64,000 bases of DNA from an uncultured Clostridia bacterium (GCA_934793215.1 CAKVOP010000001.1:239447-303446), one strand, 5' to 3'. Positions 1 to 9,351 are shown, numbered from the stretch's first letter. Notes: generated from the sequence alone by a model not told the origin. Numbers and translations are program-made.

Positions 1-263
1 AACAAGAAGTTCTTCTTCACGGCGTAAACAACTACTCTGATATTGACGAAGAAAAAGCAAAGAAACTCGCAGAAGACCTTGACCTTCTTGATGGACTTAA
101 ACTTTCAGTTCAACATTGCCAAGAAGTTATGGATAAAAACAAAGAAAGATATCCTCTTCTTGAAAAGATTTACAACCTTCTTGTAAGTCAAAATGCCGAA
201 ATTAAAGAAAACATCAAAAACCTTCAAGAAGCTATTGATTCTTTAAAAAATGATGAAGAGTAA
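1..263 (+). CDS. 3' end of an unidentified protein-coding gene cut by the window edge
   Basis: Frame 3 is open from the window edge to TAA at 261-263 (...LLEKIYNLLVSQNAEIKENIKNLQEAIDSLKNDEE*). A hairpin plus T-run follows. No family recognised. Confidence 0.4.
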   Translation, partial: QEVLLHGVNNYSDIDEEKAKKLAEDLDLLDGLKLSVQHCQEVMDKNKERYPLLEKIYNLLVSQNAEIKENIKNLQEAIDSLKNDEE

Positions 264-292
264 TACCTTAATTGAAATCATGAAATGACAAA

Positions 293-317
293 AAGCAGAG
301 AAATTCTCTGCTTTTTT
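293..317 (+). terminator. Rho-independent terminator
   Basis: GCAGAGA-aat-TCTCTGC stem followed by TTTTTT. Confidence 0.7.
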
Positions 318-410
318 GTGTAAAAGAAAAAATTGAAAGACTTTCTTTGTTTTTGATATTGACAGCACTGACCCTTTCGTTTATAATAAATATAAGAAAT
401 GGAGGCACAA

Positions 411-989
411 ATGGATAAAAATATTTGCATAGAGTTAAGAATTGTTGGCAGGAGAATTGAAATCGTTGACGGAGATAATGGTAGATATGTTGTTTCAAAG
501 AACAATTTGAGTAATCAGTATGTTACAACTCAAATAGATAACGAAGTCGTTACTATGTCAAGTGATATACCATTTGAAAAACATGAGGAAATTATAACTA
601 AATTTTTACGAGATTTTGCAGAAATAGTAGGTGAGAAAGCACAAGGTTTGATTGATAAAGAAATTATTGATAGGCTTTGCTTTGCTTATAAGATGAGCGA
701 ACCAATCGCCATAAGTGCGTTTTTCACCAAAAACAATATTCAAAATCCAGATTTCGCAACAAGAAGAACTTTTGAAGACGCAAATGGGCTTTTTGCCACA
801 TTCATGGCGGGGAAAGCACCAAAAGCCACAACTTCTATGCCAGATTACACAGAAGAAAAATTGGGAGAAAATGGAAGCATTGAAGAAGTAGAAAAACTTT
901 TAAAACTCAAAGATGAAAATCTTATGAAAAATTCACAATACCTGGTTGATTACTTGGTTGGAGATGTAGAGCGTTCAGCAAACATCTAA
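411..989 (+). CDS. Hypothetical protein (192 aa), no recognised domain
   Basis: ORF 399-989. ATG at 411 is preferred because GGAGG lies 5 nt upstream. A terminator hairpin follows at 1013-1053. Confidence 0.6.
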   Translation: MDKNICIELRIVGRRIEIVDGDNGRYVVSKNNLSNQYVTTQIDNEVVTMSSDIPFEKHEEIITKFLRDFAEIVGEKAQGLIDKEIIDRLCFAYKMSEPIAISAFFTKNNIQNPDFATRRTFEDANGLFATFMAGKAPKATTSMPDYTEEKLGENGSIEEVEKLLKLKDENLMKNSQYLVDYLVGDVERSANI

Positions 990-1012
990 AATTGTAAATG
1001 TTGGAATTTTAG

Positions 1013-1053
1013 CAAAAAAGACTTTGAAAATGAAAAATCAAAGTCTTTTTTTA
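1013..1053 (+). terminator. Rho-independent terminator
   Basis: AAGACTTTGA...TCAAAGTCTT 10-bp stem followed by a T-run. Confidence 0.7.
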
Positions 1054-1148
1054 TGCAATATCATGTGAAATTTAGATGAATTATTTTTCCAAATAAAAGA
1101 TTCCCTTATCAACATGACTCCTTTTAATTTAATAGTTATCGCGAATAT

Positions 1149-1808
1149 TTATTTCCAATCAATAGGTGTTATGCCGTGAGAAACTAAAAATTCATTACAT
1201 TTTGAGAAATGTTTGCACCCGAAAAATCCTCTATATGCTGAAAGTGGGCTTGGGTGAGGCGCTTTCAAAATTAAATGCTGTTTGCCTATAAGTGGGGCAA
1301 AACTCTGTGCATATGATCCCCAAAGCAAGAAAACAATGGGCTCTTCACGCTTGCCTAAAAGTTCTATAATCTTTTGGGTTAATTTCTCCCAACCTTTGTC
1401 TTTGTGACTATTTGCTTGACCTCTTCTTACTGTTAGCACTGTGTTTAAAAGTAAAACGCCTTGGCATGCCCATCTTTCAAGATTTCCATTTCTCAAACAT
1501 TGTATATTTAGGTCGCTTTCGATTTCCTTCATAATATTTACAAGTGATGGAGGAATTTCAACATCTTCTGGCACCGAAAATGACAAACCTTGTGCTTGAC
1601 GGGGTTCGTGATAGGGGTCTTGACCAATTATAACAACCTTAACCTTATCATAAGGGACATGATTTAAAGCGTTAAATATATTTTTTTCTTCTGGATAAAC
1701 CTCATAGCGAGAGTATTCGTTTTTCAAAAATTCTTGTAAAGATTTGAAATAAGGTTTGTTAAATTCTTCACTTAAAAGGTCATACCAACTTTTTCTTATT
1801 TGTATCAT
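1149..1808 (-). CDS. ung: Uracil-DNA glycosylase (family 1)
   Basis: 219 aa with the family-1 UDG motifs GQDPYH (water-activating loop) and HPSPLSA (Leu-intercalation loop). Confidence 0.93.
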   Translation of the reverse strand: MIQIRKSWYDLLSEEFNKPYFKSLQEFLKNEYSRYEVYPEEKNIFNALNHVPYDKVKVVIIGQDPYHEPRQAQGLSFSVPEDVEIPPSLVNIMKEIESDLNIQCLRNGNLERWACQGVLLLNTVLTVRRGQANSHKDKGWEKLTQKIIELLGKREEPIVFLLWGSYAQSFAPLIGKQHLILKAPHPSPLSAYRGFFGCKHFSKCNEFLVSHGITPIDWK

Positions 1809-1910
1809 AAACGTATTATATCATAAAGGTAAAAAACTGTAAAGTAAAGGGGTAATCTAACTTGACAAATTTTTTAAATATGATAGAATAATTATATAAA
1901 AGGAAACTAA

Positions 1911-3845
1911 ATGGCTAGAAATAGAATTGAAGACGAAAAGTTTGCTGACATTGCAAAAATACTTAAAGAAGTTTATAATTTTGATATAGATTCTATGCAG
2001 GAGGGAATGCTTAAAGTTAAGGAGGGAGCGCCTGTTTACAAGCTCGCATTTAAGACTGCCGTACTTGATTTGTTTAAAAAAGTAGCAAAAGATGGGCTTG
2101 TGTTTTCTGGTAAACGAGGCAATTTTTATGATAAAGACTTGATTGTTGGAAGAACATATTGGTGCATGCTTAATATTGGGTCATCAGTTTGCCAAAAGAA
2201 TAATTCTAAAAAAACTTTGCAGTTTACTGGGATTAGAAAATGTAGGCTTGGAGCAATAAGTTTGGATAGAGAAAACCTAATTGTATTCCCAATGGCACAC
2301 CTTTTAGGGCAGGGTGAGCAACGAGAAAGCACAATTATATCCAATCCTCAATTTATTTCAATAAGTCAAGTTATTCTTAATTCAGAAGAAAGACAAAATA
2401 ATGAAAATTTAATGGATTATTTTAGTGGCGTAGACCAAAAAGCGGGTACAGTATACTCGTATAAAGCACACGATTTTAATGTTAAATATTTGCTTGAAGG
2501 AAAGGTCGCTGACAATATTTGCAGACCAACTTTGGAGTCTTGGGAGTACAGTATCAAGAATGAAAAAAGACTAGATGAATATCCATTAAGAGAACAATTT
2601 AAATTGTTTATGAATGGCAGACTTGACGCATCTAAAGACCTTGAAATGCGTTTGCCAAGTGAAGTTTTGGAATCTTTTGAAGGCAAAGAGCCAACGTTGT
2701 ACAATTATGTCATGTCACGAAGCGAAATTACAAGGTATATGGGTGACGCTTATGCCTTATTTGACAACTTATATTACCTTTTCGAAGAGATGATTGTAAA
2801 AGAACACAAACAAGCAACGCTCGGTACAGAAAATGTGTTACTTTCAAAAGAAAACTATGCCTTTATTTTTAAGTTTATAGACGAATATTTTGAAGCAATA
2901 AAAATTTTCTTCGATGCAAATTCGCATGGCATTTCAGCAAAAAATGCAATGAATTCAACCCTTCGCGATGTTGATATTTTGATTGGGGGCGTTTATGAAA
3001 ATGTGAGCGTTGGCGTTGGTGTCAATTCTCTTTCAAAGGCGAGTGGAATGCAAAAAGTTGTGGTGATTGGAGTAGAACCAAACACGCAAGACATCATATG
3101 CTATCCAATAATAGATGATAAAATTTGTAGTTATAATCCATTAATCTTAAAACCAATAAGTTTTATGACAGACAACTTGAAACAAACCGACTATTTTGAT
3201 GTCCATGACGAAGTTAATCATATGATTGACTCTTTGTTCTCTGGAGAAACTGAAGAAATTGAACAAGTTAAAAATTTTCCTATTTTTAAAGGTACAATAA
3301 CCAACCGCTGGGATAAAAATTACGCTTCGAAATACATTGAATTTTTATTTAAGCAGTTTGACCCTGAAATCGGCATTTCCAAAGTTTACCCAAAGAAACG
3401 ATTTAGTTATTACTGCTCGAATGTTGATGGCGATGAGGGGAGTGATCCATCTAGATATATTTCTTTCCCTGATGTTGCAATGGGCTCAAAGTCTATAAGG
3501 GTTGCTGGTGAATTTTCAAATGTTCTCACTTTTGGACATTATAAAAATATGCTTTATTATGGATTGTGTGATGTAAGCGAAGCATTAAGCTATATCTTTA
3601 ATACTGCACTCTATAAGCCAACAAATCGTGCTGGGTATTGTGCCGACATGATGGAAGCGTTAAACATTGTCTCAAAAGATGGAGAAAATTTGGTGCCTTT
3701 AATTCAAAAAATTGTAGAAGATGGAAGACATAAAAGAGGTATTGATCAACAATTATTTGAAAAACTCGTAGGAATGGTCGTATATTCAAATGATTCTCAA
3801 TCTAGCGGAGAACTCACTATCGAAGAAATCATGAGAATGCTTTAA
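1911..3845 (+). CDS. Large hypothetical cytoplasmic protein (644 aa), no recognised domain
   Basis: Long uninterrupted ORF with an AGGA-type RBS upstream, divergent from ung. No Walker, nuclease, HTH or signal-peptide motif visible. Terminator at 3937-3982. Confidence 0.7.
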   Translation: MARNRIEDEKFADIAKILKEVYNFDIDSMQEGMLKVKEGAPVYKLAFKTAVLDLFKKVAKDGLVFSGKRGNFYDKDLIVGRTYWCMLNIGSSVCQKNNSKKTLQFTGIRKCRLGAISLDRENLIVFPMAHLLGQGEQRESTIISNPQFISISQVILNSEERQNNENLMDYFSGVDQKAGTVYSYKAHDFNVKYLLEGKVADNICRPTLESWEYSIKNEKRLDEYPLREQFKLFMNGRLDASKDLEMRLPSEVLESFEGKEPTLYNYVMSRSEITRYMGDAYALFDNLYYLFEEMIVKEHKQATLGTENVLLSKENYAFIFKFIDEYFEAIKIFFDANSHGISAKNAMNSTLRDVDILIGGVYENVSVGVGVNSLSKASGMQKVVVIGVEPNTQDIICYPIIDDKICSYNPLILKPISFMTDNLKQTDYFDVHDEVNHMIDSLFSGETEEIEQVKNFPIFKGTITNRWDKNYASKYIEFLFKQFDPEIGISKVYPKKRFSYYCSNVDGDEGSDPSRYISFPDVAMGSKSIRVAGEFSNVLTFGHYKNMLYYGLCDVSEALSYIFNTALYKPTNRAGYCADMMEALNIVSKDGENLVPLIQKIVEDGRHKRGIDQQLFEKLVGMVVYSNDSQSSGELTIEEIMRML

Positions 3846-3936
3846 TATATTTCAATATATTTTGAAAAAAGAAGATTGGTCATAATAATTCGTTAAAAAC
3901 TGAAATAGTAAAATAAAATATATTGTAATAAAGAAA

Positions 3937-3982
3937 ACAAGGACAGATAAGCCGAAATGGTCATTTATATCCTTGTTTTTTT
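3937..3982 (+). terminator. Rho-independent terminator
   Basis: ACAAGGA...TCCTTGT stem followed by TTTTTTT. Confidence 0.6.
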
Positions 3983-4061
3983 AAAAAATCTATTAAAAAT
4001 AGAAAAATTTTTAAATTAAATTATATATTTAAACAAAACTTAAAATCAAGCAAACTCAAAA

Positions 4062-5057
4062 TTATCCTATTTTTTTACATTTAGTTTCAACTTCAACAGC
4101 AAGTGCCACTGTTGCACCGACGATTGGGTTATTACCCATTCCAATAAAGCCCATCATTTCTACATGTGCTGGAACTGATGAGGAACCTGCAAATTGTGCA
4201 TCGCAGTGCATTCTTCCCATTGTGTCTGTTAAACCATAACTGGCAGGCCCGCACCCCATATTGTCTGGGTGAAGAGTTCTGCCTGTTCCGCCACCCGAAG
4301 CAACGGAGAAGTAATTCTTGTTATTTTCGAAACACCATTTTTTATATATTCCCGCAACTGGGTGTTGGAAACGCATAGGATTTGTTGAATTCCCAGTAAT
4401 GGAAACATCGACATTTTCTCTTTTCATAACTTCAACGCCTTCTCCCACATCGTAACAACCATAGCATTTAACTTTTGCTTTTTCTCCAGTTGAAAATGCC
4501 TTTTCACCCAAAACTTTGAGTTCGCCAGTTGCGTGGTCAAATTCAGTTTGAACAAAAGTAAACCCATTTATTCTCGATATTATATATGCCGCGTCTTTGC
4601 CAAGACCATTAAGAATAACATTTAGGGGAGTGAGTCTAACCTTATTTGCACTTGTGACAATTCCAATGGCACCCTCTGCTGCTGCAAAACTTTCATGCCC
4701 TGCAAGAAAACAAAAACTTTTTGTCTTTTCATCTAAAAGCATGCTTGCAAGTTTTCCATGTCCCATGCCAATTTGGCGAATATCCGCAACTGATCCCTTA
4801 ACCGTATACGCTTGTAAACCTTCACCAAGACAAAGTGCTACATCGGTCGCTTTTGTTATATGTTCTTTTATAGCGATAGCAACTCCAATTTTGTAGGCTT
4901 TTACCGCATTGTCAAAGCAAATAGGTTGAATTCCTTTGACAATTTTCTCAACTTCAATGTTGCTTGCCGAGCAAATCTCCTCTGCTTCTTCCATTGAAGA
5001 GATGTTGTGTTTTAAAAGTGTTTCTTTGATAGATGTGTTTTTGGTTGTAAGGTCCAT
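4062..5057 (-). CDS. GGGtGRT-family protein (uncharacterised conserved family)
   Basis: 331 aa containing the name-giving motif SGGGTGRTLHPDNMGCGPASYG. Its start overlaps the stop of the upstream NifU-like gene by 1 nt (TAATG). Confidence 0.8.
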   Translation of the reverse strand: MDLTTKNTSIKETLLKHNISSMEEAEEICSASNIEVEKIVKGIQPICFDNAVKAYKIGVAIAIKEHITKATDVALCLGEGLQAYTVKGSVADIRQIGMGHGKLASMLLDEKTKSFCFLAGHESFAAAEGAIGIVTSANKVRLTPLNVILNGLGKDAAYIISRINGFTFVQTEFDHATGELKVLGEKAFSTGEKAKVKCYGCYDVGEGVEVMKRENVDVSITGNSTNPMRFQHPVAGIYKKWCFENNKNYFSVASGGGTGRTLHPDNMGCGPASYGLTDTMGRMHCDAQFAGSSSVPAHVEMMGFIGMGNNPIVGATVALAVEVETKCKKIG

Positions 5058-5725
5058 TATTTCACCTCCCTAGGGTCAATAAATGAAACACCATCTGCAA
5101 ATCTCCCATATGTTTTTGTGGCTTTTTTGATTGCTTCTGCGGGTTCAATGTTTTCTTTAAGCATTTTCATTAGTGAGCCAGTGGAAACATATTCGTAGCC
5201 TATTATCTCTCCATTTTCGTCAAGAGCCTCTTTTGTTATATATCCTTCTGCGAGATTTAGGTATCGTGTGCCAGTCGATTTTTGACTATAAACAGTTCCA
5301 ACATTGCTTTGAAGTGTTTTGCCAAGGTCTTCAAGTGCAGAGCCAACTTTTAACCCGCCTTTTGAAAATGCAGATTGACTTCTCCCATAAACCAGTTGCA
5401 AAAAAATGTTTTTCATGGCGTCGTTGATTGCGTCGCAAACGAGGTCAGTATTAAGTGCTTCAAGTAGAGTTTTGCCTGGCAAAATTTCTCCTGCCATCGC
5501 TGCCGAGTGCGTCATGCCAGAGCAACCCACAGTTTCAATAAGTGCTTCTTCAATAATTCCATTTTTAACATTAAGAGTAAGTTTGCAAACGCCTTGTTGT
5601 GGGGCACACTTTCCACAACCATGACTAAAACCAGAAACTTGCGAAATTTCTTTAAGAAATGTCCAGTCACCTTCTTGTGGAATAGGTGATGGACCATAAC
5701 CTTCAATATTCATAGGACAAGACAT
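5057..5725 (-). CDS. NifU/IscU-like iron-sulfur scaffold domain protein
   Basis: 222 aa. Cys-containing IscU-like core (GCGKCAP...LIETVGCSGMTHSAAMAGE...GKTLLEAL). First gene of a two-gene operon with the GGGtGRT gene. Confidence 0.65.
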   Translation of the reverse strand: MSCPMNIEGYGPSPIPQEGDWTFLKEISQVSGFSHGCGKCAPQQGVCKLTLNVKNGIIEEALIETVGCSGMTHSAAMAGEILPGKTLLEALNTDLVCDAINDAMKNIFLQLVYGRSQSAFSKGGLKVGSALEDLGKTLQSNVGTVYSQKSTGTRYLNLAEGYITKEALDENGEIIGYEYVSTGSLMKMLKENIEPAEAIKKATKTYGRFADGVSFIDPREVK

Positions 5726-5790
5726 ATTTTTTCCTCCAAAATCATTTTAGTCGATTAAGAAAATTTTTACAAACAAAAACTGCAAAAATA

Positions 5791-5819
5791 TTGACAATAT
5801 TTGTTTAAATGTTTATACT
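5791..5819 (+). promoter_or_regulatory. Sigma-A-type promoter for the tyrS leader
   Basis: TTGACA (5791-5796), 17-nt spacer, TATACT (5814-5819). Confidence 0.6.
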
Positions 5820-5861
5820 AGGTTTAATCAAGATGGGGGAAAAGCCCCAGTAGAACAATTT

Positions 5862-6039
5862 TTTGCTTGGCAGAGAAGAGGCGGTTGGTGAAAGCCTTTC
5901 AAGAAGAATTGCTCGAATTACACCTTTTTCAAGTCTTGCGTTTATGCTTACGAAAAGCAAATGAGGGTAGTATTTTGACCGAATTTAGGTGGTATCACGA
6001 GTGGCACGCTTCGTCCTAAAAACTTGGCGTGCTTTTTTG
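5862..6039 (+). promoter_or_regulatory. T-box leader (tRNA-Tyr-sensing transcription attenuator)
   Basis: Stem I elements are present (AGAGA, GGTGAAAG). A candidate specifier UAC lies at 5919-5921 followed by A. The T-box sequence AATTTAGGTGGTATCACGAG is at 5983-6001. A terminator follows: GCACGC...GCGTGC plus TTTTTT ending at 6039, directly upstream of tyrS. Confidence 0.85.
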
Positions 6040-6055
6040 TATATAGGAGGGGAAT

Positions 6056-7294
6056 ATGACAGATAAAAATTTATACAATGTTTTAAAAGAACGTGGACTT
6101 TTATATCAGTGCACAGATGAACAAGCACTAAAGAAACGCCTTGAAAGTGGCGAGCCTATTGTGCTTTATGAAGGAACTGATCCAACTGCGGACAGTTTGC
6201 ATATAGGACATTGCGTTCCATACTGTGTCTTAAGAAGATTTCAAAAAGCTGGACATAAAGTTATTTTACTCATGGGTGGTGCAACTGCTTGCATAGGCGA
6301 CCCAAGTGGCAAGCAAGAAATGCGTAAAATTATGAGTAAAGAGGACATTGCTAAAAATATTGAAAAAATAAAAGACAGTCTCAAAATTTTCCTAGATTTT
6401 GAAGGTGACAATCCTGCAATAATCGTAAATAACGCTGATTGGTTTGATAAATATTCTTATATTGACTTTATGCGTGAAATAGGTGCACATTTTAATGTAA
6501 ACAAAATGCTTTCAAGTCAAATTTACGACAATCGTTTACAGGAAGGAGGCTTAACATTCTTTGAAATGGGATACATGCCAATGCAAGCATATGATTTCGT
6601 TCATCTCAACAAAGAGTATGGGTGCACATTGCAGTATGGTGGCGGTGACCAATGGGCAAATGTTGTTGCGGGGGTTGAACTTCAAAGAAAACTCAATTTC
6701 CAAAACGGAACCAATATTGACCTTATTGGTGCGACTAATCCACTTTTGCTTACCCCAGAAGGCAAAAAGATGGGCAAAACAGAACGAGGAGCAATTTGGA
6801 TTGATAAAGACAAGATTTCAGCATATGACTTTTATCAAGGCGTATACCAAACTCCAGATGCTTGCGTAAAAATGATGTTTGCACTTTTCACAGATTTGCC
6901 AATGGACGAAGTAGAAAAAATTATTGCCGAAGACATTGTAAAAGCAAAAAAGAAGCTTTCATATGAAATGACAAAGTTTGTTCGAGGAGAAGAAGACGCC
7001 ATTGAAGCACAAAAGATGAGCGAAAACTTGTTTGCCCAAGGTGGAGATGATGCTCCAGAGTTCGCAGTGGAAGAAAGTCAAATTGAAAACGGATTGAACA
7101 TCTGTGACCTTTTGTGTCAAACAAAATTTGCGTCATCAAAAAGCGAAGGCAGAAGACTTATTGAAGGTGGAGCAATCACTTTCAAAGGTGAAAAGGTGAC
7201 AACATTTGCGTTGAACATAACAAGAGGTGATCTTGAGGGTGGTGCACTACTTAAAAAAGGTAAGAAAAACTTTATCAAGGTCGTTTTAAAATGA
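6056..7294 (+). CDS. tyrS: Tyrosine--tRNA ligase
   Basis: 412 aa with a HIGH motif (SLHIGH), a KMSKS-type motif (KKMGKT) and a C-terminal S4-like domain. Preceded by the Tyr T-box. Confidence 0.95.
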   Translation: MTDKNLYNVLKERGLLYQCTDEQALKKRLESGEPIVLYEGTDPTADSLHIGHCVPYCVLRRFQKAGHKVILLMGGATACIGDPSGKQEMRKIMSKEDIAKNIEKIKDSLKIFLDFEGDNPAIIVNNADWFDKYSYIDFMREIGAHFNVNKMLSSQIYDNRLQEGGLTFFEMGYMPMQAYDFVHLNKEYGCTLQYGGGDQWANVVAGVELQRKLNFQNGTNIDLIGATNPLLLTPEGKKMGKTERGAIWIDKDKISAYDFYQGVYQTPDACVKMMFALFTDLPMDEVEKIIAEDIVKAKKKLSYEMTKFVRGEEDAIEAQKMSENLFAQGGDDAPEFAVEESQIENGLNICDLLCQTKFASSKSEGRRLIEGGAITFKGEKVTTFALNITRGDLEGGALLKKGKKNFIKVVLK

Positions 7295-7644
7295 AAATAT
7301 TAAAAAATTGCGAAATAATCGAGAAAAAATCGCGTTTTTTGGGCTTTTTATTAGAATGTGAGAAAGAAGAAGAGGTTAAAACCTTTATAGAAGAACTAAA
7401 AAAAGAGCATAAAAAAGCCACACACTTTTGTTGGGCTTGTAGGCTGAAAACGCCTTTTTGTGAAAGAGCAGTTGACGATGGTGAGCCAAGTGGAACTGCT
7501 GGGCGACCAATTTTGTCGGTGTTGCAAAAAAAAGATTTGCAAAATAGGGCAATCATTGTTGTAAGATATTTCGGTGGAGTTAAACTGGGGGCTGGTGGAT
7601 TGTTGCGGGCATATGCTGGCACGGCGGGTGCTCTAGTTAGGTGA
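7291..7644 (+). CDS. IMPACT/YigZ-family protein, N-terminal (UPF0029) domain only
   Basis: 117 aa with DDGEPSGTAGRPIL and VVRYFGGVKLGAGGLLRAY, the UPF0029 signature. 4-nt overlap (ATGA) with tyrS. Lacks the C-terminal domain of full-length YigZ. Confidence 0.8.
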   Translation: MKILKNCEIIEKKSRFLGFLLECEKEEEVKTFIEELKKEHKKATHFCWACRLKTPFCERAVDDGEPSGTAGRPILSVLQKKDLQNRAIIVVRYFGGVKLGAGGLLRAYAGTAGALVR

Positions 7645-7648
7645 ATAA

Positions 7649-8269
7649 ATGAGACAAATCACAGAAATCAAGAAAATAGGTAAGGGTGAAAGATATTATC
7701 TATATTTAGATGATGAATTTTATGGCGTTTTTGAAGCTGAAATTTTGGCACGATATTGTTTGAAAACGGGGCAGAATTTTGAAAATGAGTTCTTTGAAAG
7801 TTTAAAGATTGAAAATGGTGATTATGCTTGTTTCAATCGAAGCCTTGGAGTGCTTGAAAAAAGTATGAAAAGCGAAAAGATGCTTCGTGATTATCTGCGT
7901 GAAAAGGGCTATCCAAAGTCATGCATTGATAGGGCTATGGACAAACTTAAAGAATATGGGTATATTAATGACGAAAGTTTTGCTGAAAACTTTATCCGTT
8001 CGTATAGTGCGGTCAAAAGTAAGCGAAAAATGAAATATGACCTTTTAAGCAAGGGAATAAATGAGGAAATAATAGAAGAGAAACTTGCGACATTAATTGA
8101 CGAAGACGAGGAAAAAGAACTCACTCTTTCCCTTGCCAAAAAGTATTTAAAAGGGAAACAGTTTGATTCTAAAACAAGGCAAAAGTTTTATAATCATATG
8201 CTCGGCAAAGGTTTTGATTTTTCTTTAATCGGCTGGGCTTGGGAGGAGGTTCAAAATGGTCGGGATTGA
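7649..8269 (+). CDS. recX: Recombination regulator RecX
   Basis: 206 aa with repeated three-helix modules (LRDYLREKGYPKSCIDRAMDKLKEYGYINDESFAENFIRSY) typical of RecX. Confidence 0.8.
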   Translation: MRQITEIKKIGKGERYYLYLDDEFYGVFEAEILARYCLKTGQNFENEFFESLKIENGDYACFNRSLGVLEKSMKSEKMLRDYLREKGYPKSCIDRAMDKLKEYGYINDESFAENFIRSYSAVKSKRKMKYDLLSKGINEEIIEEKLATLIDEDEEKELTLSLAKKYLKGKQFDSKTRQKFYNHMLGKGFDFSLIGWAWEEVQNGRD

Positions 8270-8618
8270 TATTTTAGACCTTGAGAGATTAGACACTAGT
8301 GATAGTTTTATGAAAAAGATTGCTTTTGATGAAGAAATTGAATATGTATTGAAATCGCCTTGTGACAGTCTTGTGCGTCAGCGTTTGGGTGCTTTGTTTT
8401 GTGTTAAAGAGGCTGTTATGAAAGCACTTGAAATGGGAAAAGATAGTGGAGTTAGTTTTAAAGATATAAAACTTTGTCACAAAGAAAATGGAAAACCTTT
8501 TATAGAACTTTTTGGCAAAGCGAGAGAAAAATTTGATGCTTTCTTTTATGGAAAAACTATCGAGGTCAGCCTTTCTCATTCACCTCTTTATGCGACTGCA
8601 ATCGCTGTTATAATGTGA
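8256..8618 (+). CDS. acpS: Holo-[acyl-carrier-protein] synthase
   Basis: 120 aa with an N-terminal VGIDILDLERL motif and CVKEAVMKAL, typical of AcpS-type phosphopantetheinyl transferases. Confidence 0.85.
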   Translation: MVGIDILDLERLDTSDSFMKKIAFDEEIEYVLKSPCDSLVRQRLGALFCVKEAVMKALEMGKDSGVSFKDIKLCHKENGKPFIELFGKAREKFDAFFYGKTIEVSLSHSPLYATAIAVIM

Positions 8619-8700
8619 TAAAGGCATAAAACATCGATAAAAATGCAAATTAATTTACAAAAAATGTAGAAAATTGACCAATTTATTAAAAATAAAATAA

Positions 8701-8741
8701 AAAGTGACAATTTGAACGAAAGTTCAGTTGGTCACTTTTTT
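8701..8741 (+). terminator. Rho-independent terminator after acpS
   Basis: Imperfect long hairpin GTGACAATTTGAAC-gaaa-GTTCAGTTGGTCAC followed by TTTTTT. Confidence 0.6.
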
Positions 8742-8801
8742 GTATATAAAAATTTTTTACAGAGATACTAGTTGAAAGAGAATTTTAAAAGGAAAGAGGC
8801 T

Positions 8802-9044
8802 ATGTCGTACAAAAATGAACTTGAAAAATATGCACACGAAAATGAAGATGTTTTTAACGCAATTTTGCGACAAGATTTTCAGGCAAATTTTGAGCAGTTT
8901 GAGCATAAGATGTTAATAGAAAGGGAAACATTAGACAAGGTCTATGAAGATTTATCTTGCCTTGAAAAAACTGACCTAGAAGATTTTATGCATAAGGAGA
9001 AAAATGACAGACCAAATAAGAAGAGGAGAAATTTATTACGCTGA
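8802..9044 (+). CDS. Putative antitoxin partner of the MazF-like toxin (no recognised fold)
   Basis: Small acidic ORF. ATG at 8802 is preferred because GGAAAGAGG lies upstream. It overlaps the mazF-like start by 41 nt. No RHH or AbrB signature is visible, so the call rests on position only. Confidence 0.45.
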   Translation: MSYKNELEKYAHENEDVFNAILRQDFQANFEQFEHKMLIERETLDKVYEDLSCLEKTDLEDFMHKEKNDRPNKKRRNLLR

Positions 9045-9351
9045 TTTAAGCCCTGTTGTTGGATGCGAACAGGGTGGCGTTCGTCCCGTTCTTATTTTGC
9101 AAAATGATATTGGAAATAAATATTCGCCAACAGTTATTGTGTCTGCTATCACAAGCCAACTGGGCAAAGCCAAATTGCCGACGCACATTGAACTTCCTGC
9201 CGATAAATATAACTTGCCAAAAAATTCTGTTGCACTTTTGGAACAAATACGCACTCTTGATAAGCGTCGTCTTCAAGAAAAGGTTACCACTTTGAGTGCT
9301 GAAAAGATGAAAGAAGTAAATCGAGCCTTACTCATCAGTCTTGGATTTTAA
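9004..9351 (+). CDS. mazF: MazF/EndoA-type mRNA interferase toxin
   Basis: 115 aa. [48 protein letters not shown] closely matches the PemK/MazF core. AAGGAG RBS present. Confidence 0.9.
   Translation: MTDQIRRGEIYYADLSPVVGCEQGGVRPVLILQNDIGNKYSPTVIVSAITSQLGKAKLPTHIELPADKYNLPKNSVALLEQIRTLDKRRLQEKVTTLSAEKMKEVNRALLISLGF

Noticed and set aside
8712-8725. TGAAC-GAAA-GTTCA, a perfect GAAC-N4-GTTC Cheo-box-like site upstream of the mazEF-like genes. A GAAC-N6-GTTC also occurs at about 36828-36841.
   Set aside because: The N4 site is the apex of the acpS terminator hairpin, so the palindrome is explained structurally. 4-nt half-sites recur by chance, and the N6 spacing does not fit any LexA model. 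Kept only as context for the lexA operator question.
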